NCBI GenBank assembly: GCA_046543235.1
Contig: JBKGZT010000003.1
Location: 1-46,667, forward strand
Reading direction: 5' to 3'
Length of the DNA stretch: 46,667 bases
Origin: Candidatus Acetothermia bacterium
Lineage (GTDB): Bacteria; Bipolaricaulota; Bipolaricaulia; M55B111
The stretch's first letter is position 1. The number at the start of each line of letters is the position of its first letter. The notes under the pieces were generated by a model. It was not told the DNA's origin. It saw only the letters and a program-made list of their open reading frames with translations, and did no database searches. This document shows positions 17,316 to 25,974 of this stretch, piece by piece. Made by a program: the position numbers and the translations under genes.

Positions 17316-17714
17316 ATGAAACCATTGGTAGCCTGTGGTACCAAGGACGGAGAAAGGCTTTATTCGGAGCATTTCGGAGAATCACCCTATTTCCAACTTT
17401 ATAAATTGAATTCAACTGGTTACGAACTTGTCGAAGAGGTAGAAAACATCTCCAAAAAGGAAGACGAAGACGAGCACCACGGAGACCCGGCCAAAGCCAA
17501 AAGCATATCTTCTCTCCTAAAGACGAGATCCGTTAACACTTTGCTGGCCCACCAGATGGGCCCCAATATAATAAAAGTAAAGAAGAACTTCGTTCCTGTG
17601 ATCTCCAGAGAAGTCGAAATAGAGAAAGCCCTCCAGCTGGTGTTGGACAAGCTGCATCTGGTAGAGCGGGAGTGGCGAAAGGGCGATAAAAGGGAGCACC
17701 TGGTGATCGGTTAA
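17316..17714 (+). CDS. NifB/NifX family (FeMo-co/Fe-S cluster-binding) protein
   Basis: SEHFGESPYF and MGP motifs. ATG at 17316 lies 7 nt after the ferredoxin stop. Confidence 0.85.
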   Translation: MKPLVACGTKDGERLYSEHFGESPYFQLYKLNSTGYELVEEVENISKKEDEDEHHGDPAKAKSISSLLKTRSVNTLLAHQMGPNIIKVKKNFVPVISREVEIEKALQLVLDKLHLVEREWRKGDKREHLVIG

Positions 17715-17769
17715 TCCAAACCTGACCTAACGATTCAAATCTTCGTCTATTCAGGCAGCAGGTGATAAG

Positions 17770-18996
17770 ATGAACGAAAGGCAAGACAAAGTACAAATCT
17801 CGAAAAGGGCGGAGGACTTTCCCGAATCACCGATCCGGAAGCTGAACCCCCTCGCGGACCGCGCTAAAGATCAGGGAGTTCACGTCTATCACGTAAATAT
17901 AGGCCAGCCGGACATCCCTACTCCGGACGAATTCATGGAGGGCGTTTACGGAGCAGAGATAGACGTGCTCAGTTACAGCCCCTCACAGGGGGAAAGGAAG
18001 ACACGAGAAGCTCTAGCAAGCTATTACCAGGACCACGATATCGAAGTAACACCTGAACAATTGATGGTCACGACCGGGGGAAGCGAAGCGGGACTCTTTG
18101 CCTTTTACGTAACCCTGGAGGCCGGAGAGGAGGTCCTGATACCGGAACCTTTTTATACCAACTACCGTGGCTTCGCACGAATGACCGGCGTAGATATTCA
18201 GCCGATCCCCACGAGGAAGTCAGATAATTTTAGATTGCCCGGAAGTAAGACAATAGAAAAGCTAATTACGGAAGATACCGGCGCCCTTTTATTGACCAAC
18301 CCGAGCAACCCGACCGGAAGGGTCTATTCGGAAGAGGAATTGAGCCTGGCGGGTGATCTCGCACGACGGCACGACCTCTTTTTGATAACGGACGAGGTTT
18401 ATAGGGAGTTCGTATACGGAACCGGGAAAGCTAGGAGCTCCCTGGAAATGGAAGGCATGGAAGAAAGGACCGTGATGATAGATAGCATCTCAAAGAGGTT
18501 GAGCGGGTGTGGAGCCAGAATCGGAACGCTGGTAAGCAAAAACGATAAGGTAATGGAATCCGCGTTAAAGTTGGGCCAGGCACGGCTATCTCCTCCGACG
18601 ATGGGACAGCTCGGTCTGACGAATTACCTGAACTCCCCGGCTTATCCCTCCGCGATTCGAGAAATGATCGATCGGTACGAGAAGAGGCGTGACGTACTGG
18701 TTGAAGGTCTGAGCAAAATCGACGGTATCGATTACGGTGAGCCGGAGGGGGCTTTTTACATCATGGTGGGCCTGCCCGTCGAGAACGCGGAGCGCTTCGT
18801 CCGCTGGATGCTTACGGATTTCCGTGATGACGGAGAGACTGTCATGATGGCACCGGGCGAGGGCTTCTATCAGACCCCGGGAAAGGGAGAGGATCAGGTT
18901 AGGTTAAGCTATGTCCTGAACAGGGAGGAACTCGCAAGAGTCGGAGAACTCCTGAAAAAAGGCCTGACGCGCTACGGAGATATGGAGAAGGCCTGA
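17770..18996 (+). CDS. Class I/II PLP-dependent aminotransferase (aspartate aminotransferase-like)
   Basis: NIGQPD, NPSNPTG, DEVY, SISKRLSGCGARIG, GAFY. Confidence 0.92.
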   Translation: MNERQDKVQISKRAEDFPESPIRKLNPLADRAKDQGVHVYHVNIGQPDIPTPDEFMEGVYGAEIDVLSYSPSQGERKTREALASYYQDHDIEVTPEQLMVTTGGSEAGLFAFYVTLEAGEEVLIPEPFYTNYRGFARMTGVDIQPIPTRKSDNFRLPGSKTIEKLITEDTGALLLTNPSNPTGRVYSEEELSLAGDLARRHDLFLITDEVYREFVYGTGKARSSLEMEGMEERTVMIDSISKRLSGCGARIGTLVSKNDKVMESALKLGQARLSPPTMGQLGLTNYLNSPAYPSAIREMIDRYEKRRDVLVEGLSKIDGIDYGEPEGAFYIMVGLPVENAERFVRWMLTDFRDDGETVMMAPGEGFYQTPGKGEDQVRLSYVLNREELARVGELLKKGLTRYGDMEKA

Positions 18997-19104
18997 TCCG
19001 CTCAATCGGCGGGGAAGTTTTTCTCCTCTAAGAGGTATACAAGGAAACGAAACTCCATTGCCGGGATACCGACAAGGTCCAGGTTTCCTTTTTTTCGCCA
19101 TAAG

Positions 19105-19310
19105 CATAGTGTAGCATTTTACCTGTAAAACTAGCTTTGGAAACCGTTCAGGAAATCTTTTCAGTCAAAGCTAAACATCGAGGCGAGCGGTCATGGTTCC
19201 AACACTTAGATCGGAAAAGGGGATTTCCCCGCTGGGGAAATTGATCCCTGATTTCGTCGAACGGTTTCCAAAGCTATAAATTCATTTTACACAGTTACTT
19301 ATACACTATC
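19105..19310. mobile_element. MITE-like non-coding element (about 206 bp) with imperfect terminal inverted repeats
   Basis: ATAGTGTA (19106-19113) pairs with TACACTAT (19302-19309). A perfect 18-bp inverted repeat lies at 19132-19149 / 19259-19276, with an internal TTTCCCC-GCT-GGGGAAA hairpin. A second copy starts at 14303. Confidence 0.75.
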
Positions 19311-19331
19311 CCATATAAGGGTAAATGAGGA

Positions 19332-19883
19332 TTAGAGAAAACCCTTGCACCTGACCTTTCCCGGCGGGCAATCGGTGAAGTAAAAAACCCTCCGTAAAAT
19401 CCTCCCTATCACGTTTCCCCCCGCGATCTCGTGGGCAAGGTGAAGGTGGAGGCATTTGATGTGCTCGTCGCTTTTTATCCCCCCGATCCCTCTCTCCAAA
19501 GCGCCAATTGCCCCTTTCGAGCGGAGAAACCCTACTTCATCCTCCGTGAGGAGTTCCTTCTGCTCACTGAGATAACTCTCCTCGTTCCTCCGGTACTCAA
19601 ATCTTAGCTCGGGATCGGATTCAAGCGCTTCTTCCAGCTGCGTTATGTATCCTCCCGACTCTATCTGGGATACCTTCTCGCTTCTCCTGGGACAGCTCAA
19701 CCAGTAAAGCGTGGGGAAAACCTCGAAATCTCCTTTTTCTCCGCCAATCAGCGGCTTCGTTTTCAGGACGACGGGAAAGCCGAATCGACATCTCACGGGC
19801 ACCTCTATCAGGCCTTTCGGCTGCCTATTTAGCTGACCCCGAATCACCCGCTTGTCTTCTTCCCTTATTTCTTCCACTTTCAT
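19332..19883 (-). CDS. DUF501 family protein
   Basis: QLNR.P, RC..G.P.V, FPTLYWLSCP, GIGG and KCLHLHLAH. Confidence 0.9.
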   Translation of the reverse strand: MKVEEIREEDKRVIRGQLNRQPKGLIEVPVRCRFGFPVVLKTKPLIGGEKGDFEVFPTLYWLSCPRRSEKVSQIESGGYITQLEEALESDPELRFEYRRNEESYLSEQKELLTEDEVGFLRSKGAIGALERGIGGIKSDEHIKCLHLHLAHEIAGGNVIGRILRRVFYFTDCPPGKVRCKGFL

Positions 19884-19922
19884 CCGGGGCCGCCGTCGAA
19901 AACGACGACCGCCCCGTATAGT

Positions 19923-21155
19923 TTAGGCTCCAAACTTCTTCAGCTGGTTACTGTATCCTAGCGTAATAGGCAACAGATTACCGCTGAAACGTCCCAGGCC
20001 ACCCGAATGGCAGGTCAGTTCGTTAAACGAATCCACGCCGTCATTTCTCACGTTCGGGCCCGCCACCATTGCCGGTACCGGATCGGCAACGTGTCCCCCG
20101 TAATCGATCGGAGTAGTGTGATCACCGGCGAATGATAGGTGAGTATCTTCCCAGTCCAGGTTATCCCGTAACCAGCCAAAGGTACGATCTATCTTCTCTA
20201 TAAATTTCACCTTGGCCTCGGAGTCGTGATCGTGTGAGGCATTGTCGGTACCCTTGAAATGGACGAAGACGACGTCCTTTCCGGCCTCAAACTCATCCAG
20301 TGCGAGCTTTACCTTGTTAATGATCTTCGAATCAACCGTGCCCGTAGTACCTTCCGCGTGCTTGTACTCCATGCCGGCGATCTTTGCGACACCTATATAG
20401 AGGGCACCGGCCGCCACGACCGTAGCTGAGACACCGAAACGTTCCTCGATCGACGGCAGGTGTGGATAGGTGGCGGCGCCTCTGGCCATGATGGCGTTGG
20501 CGGGAAGTTTTCCGTTCTTCTTCCTTTCTTCGTTGAGCGGGTGATCCTCGAGAACCTCCCTAGCCTGACGCGTGACCTCGTTCAGGACCTCCGCGGTCTT
20601 TCTCGATCGCTCGTCTTCTCCTTTCGCTTCCGGTAACGGAATACCCAGCTCGTGGGGATCGGTCGGTGTCACGTTCCCACCAAGTCCCGAACCGGTGAAA
20701 CAGAGTGCGCCCCTGTGCTCCGTGCTTCTTTTGAACCTGACTTCCACCTCGGGATATTTCTCGGACTTCAACTCCGAAAGTGCCTCTTCCAGGCGGTCCT
20801 GACCCTCGGAGATCCTCCCGGCCCGCCTGTCCTCGATTTTCCCTTCAGAATTCAGGGTAGCGAAATTGGTCCTAAAACAGACGTCGTCCTCCGTTATATC
20901 CATCCCTATCCCGGCTGCTTCGAAAACCCCCCTTCCGGTATAGTACTCGTAGGGGTCGTATCCAAACAGGGACAGGTGAGCCGTATCGCTTCCCGGTCGG
21001 ACACCGGGCTTGATCGGATCCATCAATCCGGCTGCTCCCTTCTCAGCAAGCAGAGCATCGATCTCCGGCGTCTCCGCGACCTGAAGACAGGTTTTCCCAT
21101 CTACGTCGGTGGGCCTCCCTCCAAGGCCATCCGCAATAATCATTAAAGACTTCAT
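19923..21155 (-). CDS. apgM: 2,3-bisphosphoglycerate-independent phosphoglycerate mutase (archaeal ApgM type)
   Basis: DGLGG, PGSDTAHLSLFGYDP, DRRAGRI, D..SHD and GDHTTP motifs. Confidence 0.93.
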   Translation of the reverse strand: MKSLMIIADGLGGRPTDVDGKTCLQVAETPEIDALLAEKGAAGLMDPIKPGVRPGSDTAHLSLFGYDPYEYYTGRGVFEAAGIGMDITEDDVCFRTNFATLNSEGKIEDRRAGRISEGQDRLEEALSELKSEKYPEVEVRFKRSTEHRGALCFTGSGLGGNVTPTDPHELGIPLPEAKGEDERSRKTAEVLNEVTRQAREVLEDHPLNEERKKNGKLPANAIMARGAATYPHLPSIEERFGVSATVVAAGALYIGVAKIAGMEYKHAEGTTGTVDSKIINKVKLALDEFEAGKDVVFVHFKGTDNASHDHDSEAKVKFIEKIDRTFGWLRDNLDWEDTHLSFAGDHTTPIDYGGHVADPVPAMVAGPNVRNDGVDSFNELTCHSGGLGRFSGNLLPITLGYSNQLKKFGA

Positions 21156-21424
21156 ATCTACCTCCTCTCATTACTTGCCATGACTAAGTTTGCGCTCCTC
21201 AGTACTCAATCGCTGCTTCCAAATATCCCGTAATAAAAGTTATCCGTGGTAGTTCTACTTTACAAGGCCGTAGTAGTGCTTGAACTCAGACTCTTCAACT
21301 CCGTCAATATAATATGATTAACGGCTTAATCTCCCGCGGTCCGGCTAAACTATGGTGAAAGAATCGAGTATAGACATCTAGGTTCGCCAACCCAAAAGCT
21401 TCCGGGTTCCTGCTTGGCTAGAAA

Positions 21425-22834
21425 CTACCTGTTGGCGGTATGTATTGCCTTGCCGTGGACGTTTTCAGCTGCTTCCATAATGGCCTCGGACAGGGTTGGA
21501 TGGGGATGGATGGTCTCCCCGACCTCCTTAGCGGTCAGTTTCATTTCAACTGCAATTCCGATTTCACCGATCAGATCCGACGCGTTTGGACCGAGAACTG
21601 AACCGCCCAGGATCACGTCCGTTTCTCCGTCCACGACGAGCTGGACCATTCCTTCCGTTTCATCCATTGCCAGGGCTTTTCCAGATGCACGGAAGGGAAA
21701 TCTACCAAGTAAGGGGTCGAAGCCCCTCTCCTCGGCCTCTTCTTCGGATAAACCCACTTCCGCGTATTCCGGATCGGAAAAAACAACCGAAGGCACGTGC
21801 CTGTAATTGCTTATATCCTCACGGGCGATCGAAGCAGCGGCTACCAGACCCTCCCGGGAAGCCTTATGAGCAAGCAGCGGTCCTCCCGCGGCGTCACCGA
21901 TCGCGTATATACCATCACTCGAGGTAAGGCAGTCCTCATCTATCGACAGGGATCCGTCCGCGTCGGTTTCGAGCCCGAGCCCGTCGGAAACGGCCCCAAG
22001 GGCTGGCCTCCGGCCGACGGCGACGAGGACCTTATCGGCGGGAAACTCCTTTGTTTCGCCGCCTTTCTCCCCGAGCACAGCCTTCTCATCATCCCTTTCC
22101 CTGAATTCCACGGCCTTCGTCTCCGTATGTACTTCGATACCTTCCCCTTTTAACGCCCGGCCCAGGTACGACTGAAACCGCCTGTTCAGATTCATCTCCG
22201 GCAGCATCTCTTCCTGCATCTCGAGCACTTCGACCTCGGCCCCGAGGCGGCGGTAAATCGTTCCCATCTCCAAACCGATTACTCCCGCTCCTAGCACTAC
22301 CAGTTTTTCCGGAACCCTCTCCGGGAAGACGGCATCCCTCGAATTCCAGACGTCTTCATTAGGAAAGGGAAAGCCGGGCAACTCTACCGGTTTCGAGCCG
22401 GTCGCCAGTACGACGTTTTCCGGGCTTAGATGCAACTCTTCAGCCGCTTCTCTCTCGACCCTAACCTCCGGTCCGGGGAGGAGTTCGGCCCTCCCTTCGA
22501 TCACCTTACCTCCATTCGACTCAATTAGCTTTTCCACGCCACCGGTCAGCTTACCCACGACTTCCTTCTGGTAATCAGTAACTTCACCCAGGTCAAAATC
22601 GATGCCTTCTACCTCCACACCCCTCTTACTCCACGACTCAACCATTCCCAGGGGCTCGGTGGTGCTGTAAAGCGTCTTGGTCGGGATACAGCCCCAGTTG
22701 AGGCAAACACCACCGACGTTTTCCTCCTCAACCACTACCGGTTCGAGGCCGTACTGCCCCAGCCTGATTGCCGCGGTATAACCTCCCGGCCCGGCTCCGA
22801 TAATTACTACTTCCTGATCTTCCTCCAAGTCCAT
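21425..22834 (-). CDS. lpdA: Dihydrolipoyl dehydrogenase
   Basis: GAGPGGY, GGVCLNWGCIPTK, LLAHKA, HPHPTLSE. Confidence 0.96.
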   Translation of the reverse strand: MDLEEDQEVVIIGAGPGGYTAAIRLGQYGLEPVVVEEENVGGVCLNWGCIPTKTLYSTTEPLGMVESWSKRGVEVEGIDFDLGEVTDYQKEVVGKLTGGVEKLIESNGGKVIEGRAELLPGPEVRVEREAAEELHLSPENVVLATGSKPVELPGFPFPNEDVWNSRDAVFPERVPEKLVVLGAGVIGLEMGTIYRRLGAEVEVLEMQEEMLPEMNLNRRFQSYLGRALKGEGIEVHTETKAVEFRERDDEKAVLGEKGGETKEFPADKVLVAVGRRPALGAVSDGLGLETDADGSLSIDEDCLTSSDGIYAIGDAAGGPLLAHKASREGLVAAASIAREDISNYRHVPSVVFSDPEYAEVGLSEEEAEERGFDPLLGRFPFRASGKALAMDETEGMVQLVVDGETDVILGGSVLGPNASDLIGEIGIAVEMKLTAKEVGETIHPHPTLSEAIMEAAENVHGKAIHTANR

Positions 22835-22861
22835 GGATTACCTCCTCACTGGTTCAGAACA

Positions 22862-22891
22862 ATCAAAACCCCCGCCGGATTCGACGGGGGT
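22862..22891 (-). terminator. Rho-independent terminator candidate between the CMD gene and lpdA
   Basis: The minus strand reads ACCCCCGTCG-AATC-CGGCGGGGGT followed by TTTGATT. Confidence 0.6.
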
Positions 22892-22934
22892 ATTCCGTAA
22901 CTTCATGATACGATAAAAGTTCAGTTTTGAAAAC

Positions 22935-23270
22935 TTATTCGGTCAATTCTTCCAGCGACTCCAGAACAAGACCTGCGTGCATGAGCGCGGGACCGCCACC
23001 CATAAGTACTGCTACCCAGGCCGCTTCCATGATTTCTTCTTCCGTAGCACCTTCTTCAAAGGCGTTATTTACGTGAAATGCAATACACCATTCACACTGC
23101 TGGGTAATGGATATCGCGATGGCCATTAACTCTTTGGTCTTGGCCGACAGAACCTTCTCCTTTTCCACAGCCCCCATAAGGCTTTTGAAACATTCCATGC
23201 TATCCGGGCTCTGCTTGCCGAAGGTCTTCATCCAGTCCTGCACTCTCTTTAGTTCTTTTTTTGCTTCCAT
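22935..23270 (-). CDS. Carboxymuconolactone decarboxylase / AhpD-like protein
   Basis: LSAKTKELMAIAIS, CEWCIAFH, GATEEEI, MGGGP; ATG at 23270 has a GAGGAGG SD. Confidence 0.9.
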   Translation of the reverse strand: MEAKKELKRVQDWMKTFGKQSPDSMECFKSLMGAVEKEKVLSAKTKELMAIAISITQQCEWCIAFHVNNAFEEGATEEEIMEAAWVAVLMGGGPALMHAGLVLESLEELTE

Positions 23271-23307
23271 AAATAACCTCCTCAATTATTAAGTGGATTT
23301 CTTAGAC

Positions 23308-23325
23308 TAGTGATTGTTATCACTA
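23308..23325. promoter_or_regulatory. 18-bp palindromic operator candidate, Rex-like
   Basis: TAGTGAT-TGTT-ATCACTA is a perfect 7-4-7 inverted repeat in the divergent gap between the CMD and GTPase genes. Confidence 0.5.
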
Positions 23326-23485
23326 TATTGTGCTTATGCAAATAATATCGGCCCCGGTGCCTCGTTGCAACCCGGCTTCCAATTACGAAATCCGTCCCCA
23401 AAAGGGTGGCATTACGGCCGGGTTTGTCATTTTCCGGCCTGATTACTATCATTCTCTGGGAAAATCGTGTAACGAGGTGTCTCCC

Positions 23486-24475
23486 ATGCCAGCTAATTTA
23501 CCCCCTGAATACATTCAAGAAGAAGAAAGATACCGTAACGCCAAGGATAAAGACGAGAAATTGGATGCTTTGCAGGAAATGCTTGCTCTTTTACCCAACC
23601 ACAAAGGCACGGACAAGATAGAAGCCGACATAAGGAAGAGGATATCGGATCTAAAAAAGAGCCCCAAAAAAGAAAAGGGACCGACGAGAGCCAAGACCCC
23701 GGATCAGATAGAGCCACAGGGAGCCGGACAGGTAGTGCTTACGGGTTTGCCGAACTCGGGTAAATCGGCGCTACTGGACGTCACCACCAACGCTTCACCG
23801 AAAGTCGCGGACTTCCCCTACAGCACTCAGGGCCCCACCATCGGTATGCTGGAATACGAGGACGTCCAGATCCAGCTCATAGACACACCTCCGATCTCGG
23901 ATGATTACGTCGAGACCTGGGTTTACAACCTGATAAGAAAGGCAGACCTCGTCCTGGCCGTCGTGGACGCTTCTGCCGACGAACCAACCGAAGAGTTTAA
24001 ACGAACCAGGGAGCACCTGGAGGATGAGGGAATTTACCTTTTTCACCCCGAAGCCGACTTCCAGAGGGACGCGATCGGAAGAACAAACAGGAGAGGCGAG
24101 GTAATCCTCGCGAAAAGCGACGAGCTTGCAAACGCCTCCCCCCCAAAGGAAATAGAAGAAATCTCCGGACTTCCCGTCGTCCCCGTTTCGATACTGGACG
24201 ACGAAAGCCTCTCCCGTCTCGGAAAGTCGATATTTGAAGGCCTGCTAAAAATCAGGATTTACACGAAAAAGCCCGGAGAGGAACCCGATATGGAGGAGCC
24301 CTATCTGCTGGACAAGGATAGTACCGTTCTGGAAGGCGTACGTTCAATCCACAGAGACATGGTCGAAAACCTGGATTACATTCGAATCTGGGGTTCGGGA
24401 AAGTACGACGGACAAGAAGTCGCTCGTGACCATATACTGGAAGACGGTGACGTAATTGAAATACACCAAGAGTGA
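23486..24475 (+). CDS. DRG/Rbg1-like GTPase with C-terminal TGS domain
   Basis: MPANLPPEY, HKGTDK, GLPNSGKS, PYST, IQLIDTP, IRIYTK.PG, WGSGKYDGQ.V..DH.LED.D; ATG at 23486 has a GAGGT SD. Confidence 0.9.
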   Translation: MPANLPPEYIQEEERYRNAKDKDEKLDALQEMLALLPNHKGTDKIEADIRKRISDLKKSPKKEKGPTRAKTPDQIEPQGAGQVVLTGLPNSGKSALLDVTTNASPKVADFPYSTQGPTIGMLEYEDVQIQLIDTPPISDDYVETWVYNLIRKADLVLAVVDASADEPTEEFKRTREHLEDEGIYLFHPEADFQRDAIGRTNRRGEVILAKSDELANASPPKEIEEISGLPVVPVSILDDESLSRLGKSIFEGLLKIRIYTKKPGEEPDMEEPYLLDKDSTVLEGVRSIHRDMVENLDYIRIWGSGKYDGQEVARDHILEDGDVIEIHQE

Positions 24476-24525
24476 TACTTCCCTTCCCCCCTTGGAGCTT
24501 AGACGATACTTTTACCCCTGGCAAA

Positions 24526-25974
24526 TCAGATCCTGGCTTCGATGAGTTCCTCCGCTAGGTTAAGTGCCTCCTCGCGGTCATCGATTTCCCCGGAGTAAAT
24601 TTCTTCGTGGACTGCATTTAAAACCTGACCGAGCTCGGGCCCCTCGTCCATACCTAGCTCAAGCAGGTCGTTTCCGTCAATCAACTTCCGGGCCGAACCG
24701 AGCTCCTCCAGTGATTTAAGGTGGGGCAAAAGTTCAGTGAACTTCTTCAGGGCAGGCAACCAGCCATCCACCCCGTGAGCACTGGCCTCGCTGTCGGCAA
24801 TTATCACACGAAGCAGATTTTTGAAATACCCAAATCTGTTGAGCGGGTCGTTCAGCGGGAAGGAAAGATCACGGTTATGTCTGACCAGCTTGACCTGTTT
24901 GGCCTTACGCATCTCAGGCAGGATCGATCCCCGCATGTGGTTCGCCGCGAGCCAGGACAACTCCTCCTTCTCACGATTCGATAACTTGAGCCTCGAAGCG
25001 ATTTCTCCCACCAGGCGTTCGCTTTCCCCGGCGTGCCCGCCGAGATGCTCTCCGTCGTTCTTCCGATAAGCAGGGGCCTTACCTACGTCGTGGAGGAAAA
25101 CGGCGAGCTTGGTCAACTCGGGAAACCCAAGCCGATCCGCCACTCCGAGCGCCAGAAAACTGTGTTCCAGCACGTCACCCTCGGGGTGGTACTCCTCAGG
25201 CTGGGGCACCCTCTCGTTGGAAGTCATCTCGGGCAGTATCCGGGACAGCATGCCGTTTTTTTTCAGAAGCCTCAGCCCCTCTTCGGAGCGATCAGTGGAA
25301 AGGATATTAAACAGTTCCTCCTTGATCCTCTCCCAGGAGATATCGGTGATTTTATCCGCCACCGCTTCTATGGCCTCCTCAGTAGCGGGATCGATTTCCC
25401 CGTCCAGATCGCAGGCTACCCTCACGGCCCGCAACGGTCGCAGGTAATCCTCTCGAAATCTCTCAAACGGATCACCTATGGCCCGAACCTTTTTCTGCTT
25501 GAGATCATCTATACCGTCTACGTGATCGATCACCCTGCCATCTAGCTCCAGGGCCATCCCGTTGACCGTAAAATCCCTCCGCATTACGTCTTCCTCAAGA
25601 GAGTCGGCGGGTTCGACTTCGTCGGGCTTTCGTCCGTCGTATTCGGATTCGGTTCTGAACTGAGCGACCTCGTATTCCTCGCCGTCGGGGGAGACCAAAA
25701 CCAGAACCCCGAAGCTCTCACCAACTTCTACGTAACTATAATCCGGAAAGGTCTCTTTTACTTCGGCAGGGGTCGCGGAGGTCGCGATATCTACGTCCAC
25801 CTCTTCCGGCCGGAAGAGGTAATCCTCCTCGTAGACCCCTCGCAACAAATCCCGCACCGCCCCGCCGACTACAACCGCACGATAACCTTCTTTTTCCAGA
25901 CGCTCCAGTATTTCCCGGGCCCGCGGTTGTTCGTTAAAAATCCGATCCGAATCAACACGGACCATATCAGCCAA
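24526..25974 (-). CDS. cca: CCA tRNA nucleotidyltransferase with HD domain
   Basis: VGGAVRD, DVDIAT, RRDFTVN, RFREDYLR, HPEGDV..H, LHDVGK. Confidence 0.9.
   Translation of the reverse strand: MADMVRVDSDRIFNEQPRAREILERLEKEGYRAVVVGGAVRDLLRGVYEEDYLFRPEEVDVDIATSATPAEVKETFPDYSYVEVGESFGVLVLVSPDGEEYEVAQFRTESEYDGRKPDEVEPADSLEEDVMRRDFTVNGMALELDGRVIDHVDGIDDLKQKKVRAIGDPFERFREDYLRPLRAVRVACDLDGEIDPATEEAIEAVADKITDISWERIKEELFNILSTDRSEEGLRLLKKNGMLSRILPEMTSNERVPQPEEYHPEGDVLEHSFLALGVADRLGFPELTKLAVFLHDVGKAPAYRKNDGEHLGGHAGESERLVGEIASRLKLSNREKEELSWLAANHMRGSILPEMRKAKQVKLVRHNRDLSFPLNDPLNRFGYFKNLLRVIIADSEASAHGVDGWLPALKKFTELLPHLKSLEELGSARKLIDGNDLLELGMDEGPELGQVLNAVHEEIYSGEIDDREEALNLAEELIEARI

Noticed and set aside
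17316-17714. Nitrogen fixation
   Set aside because: NifB/NifX-family domains are common in non-diazotrophs, and no nifHDK genes are in the window.
14303-19310. Composite transposon bounded by the two repeat copies
   Set aside because: The outer ends do face inward, but there is no transposase inside and no shared target duplication. The enclosed genes look like resident genes, so independent insertions are simpler.
23330-23485. N-terminal extensions given by the ORF track (also for nrnA, ruvB, the ZIP transporter, the S9 peptidase and the NifX-like gene)
   Set aside because: Downstream ATGs coincide with the start of family similarity and mostly have good SDs, while several of the extensions run through promoter-like DNA.
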